A program made the translations under genes and the position numbers. 64,000 nt of DNA from Vicugna vicugna (taxonomy: Eukaryota), in the NCBI GenBank assembly GCA_013265495.1, contig MU057865.1:744001-808000 (forward strand), written 5' to 3'. Shown here one piece after another: positions 26,850 through 40,447 of this stretch. The notes below the pieces were generated by a model. It made no database searches and had not been told where the DNA came from. It saw nothing but the letters and a program-made list of their open reading frames with translations. Positions within the stretch are counted from its first letter, which is position 1, and each line of letters opens with the position of its first letter.

Positions 26850-27989
26850 TATGTAAACTGGAGAATTAAGTGAATTTCTCAACCAACCACCCACTTCAGT
26901 GTTTCAAGCTAAAGTCATCAGTGACTTATGCCGACCTCATGACTAGAGCCGTTCTGACCTGCACTCTCCCTGCTCTATTCACCTGTGTGTAAGCCCTAAT
27001 TCCTATATTACATTTTTATTTCTTGAGGTGCTTTGATTCCATGGCCCGATCCAGACTAATTTATAGAGAATGACCCATATGAAAGACGCAGATGCCTTTT
27101 CAGCTACTCAAGTGAAGACAGCACAAGGATCAATTCCACCATGACACCCAGGTGTGCTCCAACCAACTTCCTCTGAGGAACTCTCCCTTCGAAAATCATA
27201 GGAATAACTAACAGACAAACATCCTTCACAGAGTCTCAGAGCTCAGAAAACCCAAAGAAAGCTCAGAGAAATACCTCCTCCATGAATAACTGACAGTGCT
27301 CCAAATATCCCTTTTTTTCAGCATTTCCAAAAGAACTAAATTGCATAGGGCAGAACTTTTTCCAGAATTAAAAATTAACTTAGATGTCAAAATAAAACCC
27401 TAGAATTTAATTTATCATAAAAGCTGTATTCTGGAATAGAATCTAATGGACCAAAACAGATAAAGCAATTAAATGGGAAATGCTATGAATTAATCTTATT
27501 TAAAGAGGCAGTCAGGATGGAATTCATATTTTTAAAGTTACAAAAACCAGCAAAAGAAAAAAAAATCCTTTCCAGCAAAGCTAGTGGTGCCATAATTTAA
27601 AATAATAAAGCATTGTAAGTACCTAATTTATTCATTTTCTGCAGGTGCTATTTATTCATTTTGACATTCCTCTCAGTTTTGATTGCTGGTGACTTTCCTC
27701 ACTTTGGGGACATTTTACTTTTTTTTCCACTGTTACTTGTTAAATTTTAGTGGTAGCAGTGTATGTGTTATGTAAAGTGGAAGAGTACTAAAGCCCTGAA
27801 AAACAGTTCAAGCTTAAACCCAGTGCTTCTAGAATATTCTATTAAATAGCCCCTCTGTGCCTTAGTGTCTCCCATCAAGTGACTAGAACCTCATATAATA
27901 ATGTAATGGTGAAAGCAATCTGTAAAGATCCTAGAGCATCCTAATTATCATTGTGACTGTTATTAACAGAGTGACTATTTCATCATCTT

Positions 27990-28217
27990 CCTTTTTATAA
28001 GAATTGCATATAATTAAGGGGTATAACTTGATGTTCTGCTATCTGTATACATTGTGAAATGACCGCCACACACTGAAGCTAATTAACGTACTCATCCCCT
28101 CCCATAGTTACTTTTTATAATGAGAAGATTTAAAATCCACCCTCAGCAAATTTCAAGTAGGCAACACAGTATTGTTAACTGTAGTTCTAGAGATTTAATG
28201 TACAGCAGAGTGATTAT
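27990..28217 (-). mobile_element. Old L1 3' end (L1MA-like) with a short terminal inversion
   Basis: tatacattgtgaaatga, catagttactttt and cagcaaatttcaagta. The last ~35 bp are in the opposite orientation to the recalled consensus. Confidence 0.65.
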
Positions 28218-28299
28218 GTTTGGAGGTTTGGCGTTAGATTTCCTTTGTTACTGCTTTTTTGGCCATGCCGTCTGGGGTTCCCCTGTGTGGGCTTGGAGG

Positions 28300-28525
28300 A
28301 AGACCCCCCAGGTTCTCATCCTGCTTCTGTCACTTCCTAGTGCTGAGATCTTGTACAGATTCACTCTCTCTGTGACTTGGTTTCTCCATCTCTATAGTAG
28401 GAACATTAATAGTACTTGCCTTATAGTTTTGTGCTGCTTAAAAAAATTTCACAGGAAAAGAGCTTAGAATATTAGCTGGTATATAGTAAACATGCAATAA
28501 AGGTTAACTATTATTATTATTATTA
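28300..28525 (+). mobile_element. MIR SINE
   Basis: tttctccatctctata...atagtaaacatgcaataaaggttaactattattatt. Confidence 0.65.
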
Positions 28526-30654
28526 TTAATAATCATTTTATATAATTTTTCTTTGACTTCACCCTAAATATGTGTGTTATGATTTCAGAGAATCATTTGT
28601 AACTTTTGTAATTTCCTTCATGCTTATAAATTTAAAAGCAGACTGATAAAAATAAGCAAGAAAAACTCAAAGCCTTATCTTAGTAGATCTTAACCTTTAA
28701 AACATTCATTGTAAAATATGATAAATTCTGATGTCTATGAAATCTCACATAGATGATGCGATATAAACAAATCACCAATGAGACAAAGTGCATCGCCCCT
28801 CCCCATCCGCACAGCGGGGGCCAATGCGCCTCCCTCTACCTACTGCATCCCGCAGGAAAAGTGCAGTTAATGAGAGCACAGCCTCTATTCATTGTTAGTT
28901 CTTCCTCTGTTTTTTTGTTCTGCAGTGTCTCTTTCTCCCCCCAGAAGATTTTGCATGTTGTCCCCAGTCTTCAAAGCCATCCACAGGCTGCCTGCACCTG
29001 CCAGTTGACTTCATCTGAGTTACTGCTTCTTTCTTCAGTATGTGTTCAGTTCTTCCTGTTGGCTGATCATTCTCCCGGTCACCTCCAGCCACATCTGGAG
29101 CTGGCCCCACTGTGCTGCGGTTTTTTTTTTTTTTTTTTGCTGCTTCTTGGACGGTCTGCCCTTCTCCACTCTTCCCCAATCCTACCCACCTTCCAGGGTG
29201 GCTCCCAGTACCTCTCACCCTAACAAAGCCTCCTCTGTGCCTTGGCTCCCTCGGAGGCTTCTGTTGTGAACCCCAGGGTAATTATAAAGGGCAAACCTCC
29301 AATTCACATGATTTTAACTCCCCACTAAGTTTTAAGAAAATTTGGAGTAGATTTTATGAATCAAATTCCTAATAACAAAACTGATTTTTGTTTTCTTTTT
29401 TTACTGTGTTGTTTAATTTGTTAGGGCTGATTTTTTTTTTAACTTAAACTTCCTCCCTTTCCTCTTTCTCCACGGCCCCTCCCCATTAGGTATTTGTGTC
29501 TGATGATAATGCAGTCTCTTGTCACAACAAAACTTTTTATTTTTTGAAATGAGCTCTTACAAGTTTTTACTATCAACACATATTTACTTAGTAGTTGCTC
29601 CTTGGAGTCATATTAAGTTAATGGAATTTCTAAATTAACACTATGGATAAATAGCTAAAGTCAATTTTGTTTATATAACAAGTTTGGCTTCATAATCAGT
29701 TCTGATTCTGCTATAAGATTTAGGACAGTATTTAACAATGGAGAATAAACTAAGTATACATTGATTATAAGAGAGCTCTGACTTTCATTTTTTCCCCCCA
29801 GAAAATGGATAGAAGTTGAGAAGATTTGATAAAGGATAAAGAACTATTGGCCAGTCATTAAAGAGACACCTCAGAGGTAACCAACCCCCAAACATAATTA
29901 ATCACTTTCACTCCTGGTCGAGGAGAAGATCCTGGAACAGCATAGACTGATAAATGTTATCTGAGAATGAATGATGGATGCTTACCTGAGAAACGACAAC
30001 AACAACAAAAAGCAACATAAGATTGTCGATCAGATTGTCAGGCAATGTTACCTTGTCTGAGTAGACTTGTCTGACTTGAGTCATGGAAGAGCCAACTATG
30101 GATTAATTAGACAATTATGGAAAAGAAGTGTTGTTAGAATGAAAATCATTAGTTTAAGAAGTAAACGTACGGCTGGCTATAAACAGTGAGATAAGATTAA
30201 AGTGAGGAAGTATAGTTAAACCTAGGAAAGCTTGACCCAATGAAGTAGAAATGTCTATTTGATGAGGGAGCAATACTATGGGGTATCATTTCATTTGCAT
30301 CATGCTCAGATTCCTAATTATGATAAAATGCAGTTTGGTGTTCGTGTTCATGAGGTAGCCACTCAGTTAAAACTGGACATCTGGAATGTGTCAGCAGGAG
30401 TGAGGGAGGAGATTTTTAAGGCAGCAGAAAGAGGGTGGGGAGGCAATGGTATGAGTGAGATCAGAAAGGAAGAACATTGAAAGGAGAGGGATGGGCAGGT
30501 TGAAGGACTGAGGTTTTCATGCATAGGAACCAAAAAGACACAAATACAGATGAATTTCTTATAAAATAATTCTGAACAGAACAACAACAAAAAATAAATA
30601 AATAGGTATAGCATAATAAGACCTGTAAAATCCATACAACAAAAGCTTTTTATT

Positions 30655-31350
30655 TTTAAAAGAAAATATTTTCTTTTTTATTGTTGGCAAATATACATAG
30701 CATAAAATTAACTGTTATGATTAACTATTTTAAGTGTGTGCTTCAGCAGCATTTAGTATATTCAAAATGTGGTGGCATCACCTAGACTTTCCATCTCTGG
30801 ATACTTTTTGTCATCACAGATGGAAACAAACCTAAGCCCCCTTCCCTCATCCCCCCACCCCCCAGGGAGCTTTGTTCTTCTTTCTGCCTGTGTGGGTTTG
30901 CCTCCTCTAGTTACCTCATGTAAGTGGGATCATAAAACATTTGTTGTTATTTTCTGCCTGGCCTATTTCATTTATTATGTTTTCAAAATTCAACCATTTT
31001 GTAGCATGCATTGGAGTTGCATTCATTTTTTAACTCTGAATAATATTCCATTGCATGTACATACCACACGTTGTCCATTCATCAATTGATGGATGCTGGG
31101 GGTGGCTTCCACCTTTTGGCTATTATGAATGATGCTGTTTTGAAATTCTTGTAGATACATTCTCAGAAGTGGACTTAACTGGTCACATGGTAATTCTGTG
31201 TTTGCTTTTAGAGGAACCACTGAACTGTGTTCCACAGTGGCGCCAACATTCTCCCCAACAGCACACGAGGGCTCCAACTTCTCACATCCAGGCTCTCACC
31301 TGTTCTTTCCCACTATTTTTTATTAATAACATCAAATAAGTATGAAGTGA
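30655..31350 (-). mobile_element. L1 3'UTR fragment (L1MB-like)
   Basis: aataatattccattg, ccaccttttggctattatgaat, gaggaaccac...ccacagtgg. Confidence 0.8.
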
Positions 31351-32549
31351 TTAAATAACGTACTTCTTAAACATTAACATAGCAAGAAGCACAAAGATAA
31401 AATCTTCAAGAGGAATGCTACATTGCAAAGCATGATGTATTTTTCAAATGGTAGCCAGAATGCTCACAGTCTTTGAGGTCTCCCAGAGTTTGACCCATCT
31501 CTGTTGCCAATTTACCCACAGGTAAGCATTTCTCATTAGGGAGGAGGATACACAACTTATCTTTCATGTATTTACATTTTTCCTCTGCCTCACGTGCTCT
31601 GTGTTATAGCTCAGTAGAGAAAACCTTACTTTCACTCTATCACAGAGAAGGTGATGGCACACGTCCATATGTGCCCTTTGCTCACCATGATGGTGAGTCT
31701 TACAGATGTAATGCACCTTGAGTGGGAGCACCAGGTTGAGACAGTGGAGGTGTGGAGGAGGAATGAGGGGGTACAGAGGTTATGGACGGTTTCCCAAAAG
31801 TACATCCATGATGCTGATGTCTCTGTCCACATCAGAGTAGTCACTGCTATGGCCACACTTGAGAAGTCACCATTTCCTGTAACAAATTAAGCGATCAGTT
31901 AATCTCCCTGCTACTTATGACTAAATGCCTCCCACATGTCTCTTTTTGGCTCATAATTCAAAAGAAGTGCAATACTTAAGCACTGGTAGAACTCACAGTC
32001 CATGAAAGCCAAGTTGAATGGCACGATATGACAACATAAATTAGGAGCTGGAATAATATGCTGCAGGAATTATGGTGAAGGATGACAAATAAAGATATGA
32101 AGAAAGCTTGGAAACAGAGATAAGAATTGAGTAGGACTTCGAAAGTTGGAAGAGGTCTACTTAAATGGAGAAGAGAAAGGTGGGCATTCTGGTAGTGATG
32201 AAAACCAAGAACAAAGACACAGAAATGGTGATATATGAAAGGGGTGCTTGCAGAACATAGAAGACAAGTCTCACAGAACTGAAATAGATATGCTAGGAAG
32301 CTGTGAGAAATAGGTAACAGGAAGGTCCTTGATTATTTGAAATAATATAGGAACAAATAAGACATTTGAGCAGATGGGGCATTGGGCCAAGATACATCTC
32401 TAGTTTGTCTAGAATAATGTTGTTTTTCAGAAGAACAGAAAATGTCTGTTTTGTTCCTTGTAGGTTGAGTCCATAAAGCCAACTGCCATTTACCTGGAGG
32501 CGAAGACTATCTGATGAGAATAATTGATGTGGTATTTACAGCACTACGC

Positions 32550-32857
32550 TTTTTTCCCCCTCTTTTCTCTCCCTTTTTCTTTTCTCCCCTCTTTTCTTTT
32601 CCTTTCTTTTCTTTTCTTTTCTTTCTTTCCTTTCCTTTCTTTTTCTTTTTTCTTTTCTGTTCTCTTTTCTTTTCTTTTCTTTTCTTTCTTTCCTTTCCTT
32701 TCTTTTTCTTTTTTCTTTTCTTTTCTCTTTTCTTTTCTTTTCTTCCCTTTTCTTTCCTTTCCTTTCCTTTCCTTTCCTTTTCTTTCTTCTCTTCTCTTTT
32801 CTTCCTTCTCTTCTCTCTTCTTCCTTCCTTCCTTCCTTCCTTCCTTCCTTTCTCTTT
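32550..32857 (+). repeat. Compound polypyrimidine microsatellite (TTTTC/TTTCC/TTCC)
   Basis: About 300 bp consisting almost entirely of C and T on the plus strand. Confidence 0.97.
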
Positions 32858-33257
32858 GAACAGAGGCAAGTGGCTAAGTGTGGAGGTACGGAGGTAGGAG
32901 CTGTTCATTCTGAGAAGCTGAGAGTCCGAGCTCTGAATACAAAGCTCTCTTTCAGTCTCATTCAGTCACTTAAGAGAGTTTTAAATGTACACTGCTCCTA
33001 AGCAGTAAATAAAATCTTATTCTAGGATCCAAAAGCTAATCAAAAAATGTATGTAATGACCGTCTCTGCCTTTACTCTTCATGAAAGAACAACTACTTTA
33101 CACACAGATTTAGAGAAAAATCACTTTCCTAGAATTTCAGAAATAGGGTTTATTCAGTAAAGAGGAGAATGGAGAAATCTAGTGTGGGGGGGGGGAAGTG
33201 CTAATTGTGAAACCGTAAGATTTGGGCTGCTTTGCTTTCTTGCTAAAGTCATTTTAC

Positions 33258-33459
33258 TTGACAGGAATAATGTAATTTGAGGACTGCTGTAATGAAAAGC
33301 AGTTGCAGGAAAACTGGTTCCTGAGAGCAGCAGCAGCAACACTGGCCGCCTTCTCACCTGCCTCAGGTCGGATTTGACAGGAATAATGTAATTTGAGAAC
33401 TGCTGTAATGAAAAGCAGCAGCAGCAACACTGGCCGCCTTCTCACCTGCCTCAGGTCGG
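33258..33459. repeat. Short tandem duplication (114 bp plus 86 bp)
   Basis: 33258-33371 repeats at 33374-33459, lacking 28 bp. Confidence 0.93.
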
Positions 33460-34949
33460 TGGAAGGTAGACTGACAAGGAGAACGCACATGCATCAAGCC
33501 TTCACCCTGAACTTGAGAGAAGGATTCTGACAGCAATCAGGCCCAGCCACAGAAAAGAGAAACCACTGGTCTCTTCAAATATGGGTGAACACCAGGCTTC
33601 ATTTAAGGACTTGGGGTCCACAAAGAATCTTTGTAACATGAAAGTCTTAGAAATAACGCTCGAGAAATGGAAGAGAAAACTATGAGTATTTATCCTACAG
33701 TGTGTAATTCTATGTAAGATTCTCCAGCTCTCCTGCCCTCAAATTCATGCCTCAATATACAGCATGGCATAAATACTTATGTCTAACCTGAAAATAAAGT
33801 ATATTTTAATTAACAATTGATCATACTATGCTGTTGTTGCAATTTTTCCCACTTAAAAATACATTGTGAAAAATGATTTTAAGTCAAGCAAAAGAATAGC
33901 AATAATAATATACCTATTATGGGAAGGTTTCCAGCCAGAAATTGGTAGATCTCTGATTATTTTAATAACTGTCTTATTTTTGTTGTGTGGTTTCTACCAC
34001 GACTCGTCTGTCTCCCTCTTAAGCTCTGACAGATGCTACAACAGATATTCTTTTGTTTATTTGTGTGACTTTTATATTAGGAAGAGGAACTACTACGTAA
34101 AAGATACGTTTCCATATTGTGATAAACACCATCGTTCTCCAAATAGGTTTTCTCTGTCTACACCCTAACAGAGATCTTGTTTTCGCACACGTTTGCCAAA
34201 CTAGGTAACTATTAAATAAAATTTGAGAGTCTGGCTTAAAGAGGATTCCTTCTGTTTCAGCTTGATTTTTAAATATCTTTCTCTTTACTTTTTTCCCTAA
34301 GCCGCAGTGACACTGGCCTTCATTCAGTAGTCAAGCCAGCTGTGCCCAATTCTACCCCAGGGCCTTTGCACTTGCTGAGCCCCTGGCCTCAAATAAACTT
34401 CCCTGAATTTTCCATTGCTGATTCCTAGATATTTCTCTCTAAAAAGTTTTTGGCGTCTCCTTATTGAAATTCCCCACCATTCCTACCCGGAAGAGCACTC
34501 TTTTAGTTTCCTTTATTTTCCTTGAAATGCCTGAAATTATCTTATTTGTCAGTTTGTCTTTTCTCATTAGAATATATGCTCCTGGAATAGGCCCTGGACT
34601 TCACATTTTCTAAATATATAATTACCTCCCTCAATATCATTTGTTGAAGAATCCATCATTTCTTCTCCTATTTGAAATGCGAACTTTTTCATCTATTGAA
34701 TTTTCTTAAATTCCTGAGGCTGTTTCTTAATTTACTCCTCTTTCCCACGGGTTAGATATATATTCTGTAACAGAACAGCATCTTTCAAGTTACTGCACTT
34801 TTTAAATATCATTTGATATCTGAATGGAAAAGCCTTCTTTCATAATTTTTGTTTTACAAAATATTTCTGGCAAGTTTCCTGCATCTATATTTTAAAAGAT
34901 ATTTTAATAATCATTATTAATAAGACAAATTGATAATAGAGAAGAACAC

Positions 34950-37070
34950 AGGTTAAAGTACATGTGTATTTTTCAAAACTGAAAGCTTCAAGTAGAATTT
35001 AAAATTAAACTTGTACCTCCAAAATTATGGAAGGTAGTTAGTTGTAGTAGGTAAAATATAGTCCACTAGCAGAAGATAGAAAATCAAGCATGTATAGGAA
35101 GCACAAAGCATGGCAGCAGAAAACGAATGTAAACTAAACAACCAGTTGGTCGGTACAGTTAATAAGACCTTTATCTGATTCATTAGAGTATCACTTTCAG
35201 ATTAAATAAAAAATAAAAAATAAAGCTTGACAAGATGCATACCCAAACAAGGAGATTTAGAAGATACAGAAAGAAAAGCAGACAATAAGCAGTGAAAGAA
35301 AGAGTAGAGAAAAAAGAAAGAAAGAAAAAGAAGGAAGGGGAGAGGGAGGGAAACACAAAGAAGGAATGATCTCTATGCAAACAGCAGATTCATAGAAATC
35401 TTGGAAAATCATCCCATGTGACAAAGTAGATCATCTTTATAAAATACAGAGTAAAACTTACCATGGGATTATCTGCCTAATATAAAATATACAAAGTATA
35501 TAAGGAAAAAGTGGGAAATTTTAATACAATTCTCTCAGTCTTTAACAGATTAAGGAGATAAATTTATAAACTGCTTAACAGGTATTTGCCAAGCTATCTG
35601 TGGATAGGATATAAAAAGCTAGGCATTCTCTGGATCTTATTCTAAGTTCCTCCCCAAACACAACTCAAAATAATCAACAAAATTTCAAATAGAACACATG
35701 AAAATTTAGAAAATATTTCACTAAATAATCCTTTAATCAAATTGTGAAAATTCGATTTGACTCAAGATTTTGAGGGAAAACAAAACAATGAGGTCCAAAA
35801 TAAAAAGATTAAAAACTAAGAAGGCAGAAAAAGTGTGGAATTAATACGTTAGTTTGCCTTTTAAAAAATAAATAACACAGGTAAAATGCTTATTAACATA
35901 AGCAATAAAAGCATAAGTACATAACTAAATAAATAGTAAAGGAAATAGAATATATGCATACTTAGGTGAGGTGGAAATAACACTAAAAGAAAATTACACA
36001 CAATTATATTTGAGTAAATGGAGAAAATTAATGTTTCAGAAAACATGATTACAATAAACTCAGGAAGAAATAGAAAATCTTAGTAGTCAAAATTTATTAA
36101 AAAGCATTTTAAGCGTGAAATAATTATTTTTAAAATGCTGCTTGACCTAGCTGTCTCAATGAGTGAATTATTCTTTTACTGAAAAGATTACTTATCTGTA
36201 ATATTGGAAGATGGAAAATTCCTTAATTTTAAGATGCTAATGTTACACTGACCTTAAGGTAGATAAATGAAAGTTAAAAAAAAAGATAAATAAAATTCAC
36301 TTCTAAATGTAGACACAAATTATAAATAATGTAAGTTTAAAGTTATGCAAGAAAGTACTTACTGAAATGATAATAAAATATTACCTAAATACAATACAGA
36401 ATATTTGTTTCAAACTAAAGCCAAAATATACATAATGGTGCTGGCTGCTCTTACTACCATTTAAAACAGTTCTTTGAAATAATAGTACAATAAGAGTGGA
36501 ACTATAAAAAATTAGAATAAATAATGGAAAATTGGTAAGTTATCAATATTGGTAGATGAACTGATTGCTTGTTTAGAAAACCAATGTGAGAACTATTAAA
36601 GTAACAACATACAAACATATGTAACATTGCGTTGTATTATTAGAAAGTACAATGAGAAAGTATAATGTGTAAAAGTTGCTTAAAATATAAAATACCTGGA
36701 AATGTGAATGAAGAATTTTTATCTAGGTTCTACATGAGAAACTACCAAACATGACTTAGGCACATGTTAAGAATAATGGGAAACTGAGACAGCTATTCCT
36801 GCTGGTTGAAAAGAATCAGTTCAATATTATTTATATGGGAGCTTTCTAAACATTTAAGTTAACTATTGAATGTAATTTCATCCCAAATCTCAGTAGACAT
36901 TGAGGAGAGTGAGCCATAACAAGATAATTATAAAATGTATCTCAAAAAATAGAGGAGCTGACAATGCCTGAGATACTTTAGAAAAAAAAAAAAGAGAGAG
37001 ACTTATCAGGCATAAAGTCATATAAAAGTTAGAACAATTAAAACAACATGATGTAGATATGAGGCTATAA
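34950..37070 (+). mobile_element. Highly degenerate ancient L1 ORF2 region (L1ME-like)
   Basis: A-rich tract with L1 ORF2 remnants (tttagaaaaccaa, aaaatacctggaaat). Boundaries are approximate. Confidence 0.5.
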
Positions 37071-37895
37071 CTGTCATTCCAGCCATCGTCATGTCCCCAA
37101 AACACTGACCTTTCACCCTCGTCCTCTGCCGCCTGTCCCCACCCAGCAGCTGGAAGCACTATTACAAGGTAAATACAGATCATGCAGGACTTTCAAGATA
37201 TTTGCTCACTTCTTGTGCACTTAGATTGCTCTCAACTCCTCTCCACGCGTCAAGGTCTTCTTCGCCGTCCTGCTTGCTCAGTGTCCTGCCCTCACCTGCC
37301 CTTCTGTCCAATGCTAGGCTGCTGCCCCCACCTTCCTGGGGTCCTTGGTGCCCTTCTGTTACCTGAGGGCTGTCCCCACTCCACTCACTTCTGCTCATTG
37401 CTAAGACTGCAGCCTGTGTGTCACCTCCTGTCTCTCCTTGAAGTAGATGTCCCCATTTCTTTCTTTCGTGCTGCCCTACTTACTTACTTCTTCTCACCTT
37501 CTGTATTTCTCCTCTGTGCTTTTGTACTTGCATGCCGACCTGTTTCACTAGGAGTTCAGTTCCACGAGGTCCAGGTATTTAGAAGGAACCAGCAAACTCT
37601 TACAACACTCTTTTACCTTAACTACTTCTGTGGGAGAAGCTTCTGGATGTCGGTGAACGTCCACTTGGAGGGCCATCCCACACCACCTGGGCAGTCTGTC
37701 AGAGATGATCCAGTACCTTTTTGCTCCAGGGGGGTCATCACTACAAACCCCATGAGCCCTCCTTCATGTTAGAGTCAGCATCCTTTTTCTCTGAGAAAAT
37801 GTCTGTTTCCCAGCTTCCTCCTTCCACCATCCTCTGACCATTCTGATTTAGGAAAACACTTTCATCTGCCAGTGTTGAATTCTACTTGAGCTCCA

Positions 37896-38514
37896 TGTTT
37901 CTGGAAAACAGCAAAGGTTAGGAAATCACCCCATCCTTCTGTATTCCGGAAACAGTTGACTGCAAAGAACCACACTTCCCCACGTGACACGGATAGTTCG
38001 ACTCCCGTGCCCCCCCTTCTGGTCATCTATGATAGAGACAGGCAGAGACTCCAAATTCCAGTTCTTTGCCTCATAAACTGTTAGAAGGTGAACCGTCCAC
38101 ATTGACCAACTGGGATAAAAAACACTTGTGAACCAAACTTCTTTTAAGATTCCGCTCACCCCCAGGTCTCTGGACTTTAGCCCACCCTCAACCTGAGCCA
38201 GAATACAGCCCGGTCTTAACTCCTCCTCCTGAGAATAGACTGGCCTCGAGGCAAAATATCCTCTGATCTTCTGTCCCATCACATCAAATCTTCATCTCTC
38301 TTCCCCTCAATATGTTCTTTTTAGCCTTGTTTATGCCTCCCTATAAATGAAAACCTCCTTTGGCCTAACACTAAAGATGCTCACAGATTGTACAGTGAGA
38401 GAATTTTTCATATGGGAGTAGTCCCTCTCTCCCTTGAGATTGTCTCTTTCCCATCATGTGATAAGCTTTTCAAAGGAAGTCTCGCCACGAATCTAGATTT
38501 GGCTTCTATTTGAC
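37896..38514 (+). mobile_element. Probable ERV1-type solo LTR (MER34/LTR39-like)
   Basis: TG start, TATAAA near 38342, ends ...ctatttgaca. The family assignment is tentative. Confidence 0.5.
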
Positions 38515-39762
38515 AATTTCCTCTTCTTTCCTCAAGGGGCAGACTTCTCCTTCAACCCTTTCTCTTTTTATTCTTTCCATCATACATTCACTATTCCTTA
38601 GAACCCAGATCCAAAATATTTAGCAACTCATATGGCAAAGGAAGGCGAGCATTATCTTCTATCCCTGTGATGTGAAAGGAAATACATGGAGTCCATCCTT
38701 CTGGAATAGCAATAAAAGAGAAGAAAAGAAAAAGTAAATTTTTTGTGGGTTTTGGTTGTTTTTAACTAAAATACAAGTCTATATATTTATTCTAGCTTAC
38801 ATGAATCAAAAGCTTTCAAAATACACATTATATTTAATCCAACGATTCTGGTTATAGATGTTCTAAGGAAATAATATGATATAATCAAAATTTGTTTAAA
38901 ATATGCATATACTTGTAACCTTATTTACAACAAGAGCACCGCTGAGGAAAAGAAACAAACAAAACTAAAATCCATCAACAAACATTGGTACATTTATAGA
39001 ACGGACAAATCTTTAATAATTTATTGGCAAAGAATATTTTATGATATGAAAAATGTCTATGATATACCAATAATGTACAAATAATTAGGTTTATAAACAG
39101 TAAAATTTTACTTTAAAAATTATTACAGACATGTATAATTTATATTTTTATGTTTAGTATTTATTGATATTTTTCACATTTTAAAAAATGAACATGCTTT
39201 TTCTACATTTGAAAACATCATTTCTTTGTTTGGCTCAACTTCTTGTAAACATGTAACAGTTTAACTGTCTGTCCCCTGCATCATCCACCCACAAAACCTG
39301 CCCATCTGTATTTTTATCATCTACAGACAGGTTCTTGCTTTGTCTCACATATAGCAAAATTGTCTCACATTTTGCCTTTTCTCCTCCCTTGCCTCCGTTC
39401 TGAGTTATTTCCAAGAAGCTTCTAGGATCTGTGAGCACACAGCTGAGAAACAATGTATAATGGGCAATAAGGAGCCATTACAGAGTTTTGAAATTATGTG
39501 AGCAAGGTTTTTGCTCTCATAAGGACAAAGGAGGTAGGGACACAAAAGGCCTTACCGATCACATTTAGTTTTGCACAAATTTAAATCTATTTGGTTAATT
39601 CCAGGGTTGCTAAATCCTCTTCTCCACAGAACAGAAGGTGAGCCCACCATCCTTTTACTTTTTGGAAAAAGCTTCTTAAAAAGCTCTGCCTTATTCTCAT
39701 AGTAGTTCCAGAGTAGGTAAGATCTGTTCTCATCTACTGGAAATATAGCACTAAATTTTACA

Positions 39763-40175
39763 TATTATAAAATTAGTATGGCAGAATTAAATAAAAACAA
39801 ACAAAACAACAACAAAGAGCTAAGAAGACATGCTTCCTTCCCTATTGAAGTTTACAACCAAATGGGGAGGCTGACGCATTAATAGAAAAATAATAGTCAG
39901 ACAGTGCAATTCAAAATGTCAAATACTCTACAGCAGTGCTGTCCTCTAGAAGCATAATGCAAGCCACTATTATAAAATTAGTATGGCAGAATTAGATAAA
40001 AACAAACAAAACAACAACAACAAAGAGCTAAGAAGACACGCTTCCTTCCCTACTGAGGTTTGCAACAAAATGGGGAGGCTGACGCATTAATAGAAAAATA
40101 ATAGTCAGACAATGCAATTCGAAATTGCAAATACTCTACAGCAGTGCTGTCCTCTAGAAGCATAATGCAAGCCAC
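39763..40175. repeat. Nested ~205-bp tandem duplication within copy 1
   Basis: 39763-39967 versus 39968-40175, with about 10 substitutions and one CAA unit difference. Confidence 0.93.
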
Positions 40176-40445
40176 ATGTATCATTTTCTAGCTATCACAT
40201 TAAAAAAGTTAAAAAGAAAAAAAGTGAGATTAATTCTAATAATGTATTTTAATTAACCCAATATTTTCAAAATATTATCCAAAATATTAGCATTTGGTTG
40301 TGTAATATATAAAAAAAGATTAATGAGCTATTTCACATTATGTCTCAAGTATGCATTCTACACTGTAGCACACCACCATTTGGACTAGACATATTATACG
40401 TGTGCAACAGCAACATGTGACTAGTGGCTACTAGTTCTAGACAGA
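40142..40445. mobile_element. hAT-Charlie MITE, MER33-like (copy 1)
   Basis: cagtgctgtcc...gccacatg...taacccaatat...catgtgactagtggctac. Confidence 0.75.
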
Positions 40446-40447
40446 TA

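Noticed and set aside
32507..32908. K/E/R-rich and F/S/L-rich ORFs
   Set aside because: They are translations of a microsatellite.
37182..37772. 196-aa ORF, the longest outside L1
   Set aside because: It is L/C/P/S-biased from CT-rich sequence and resembles no protein family I know. A BLASTP or PhyloCSF signal would be needed.
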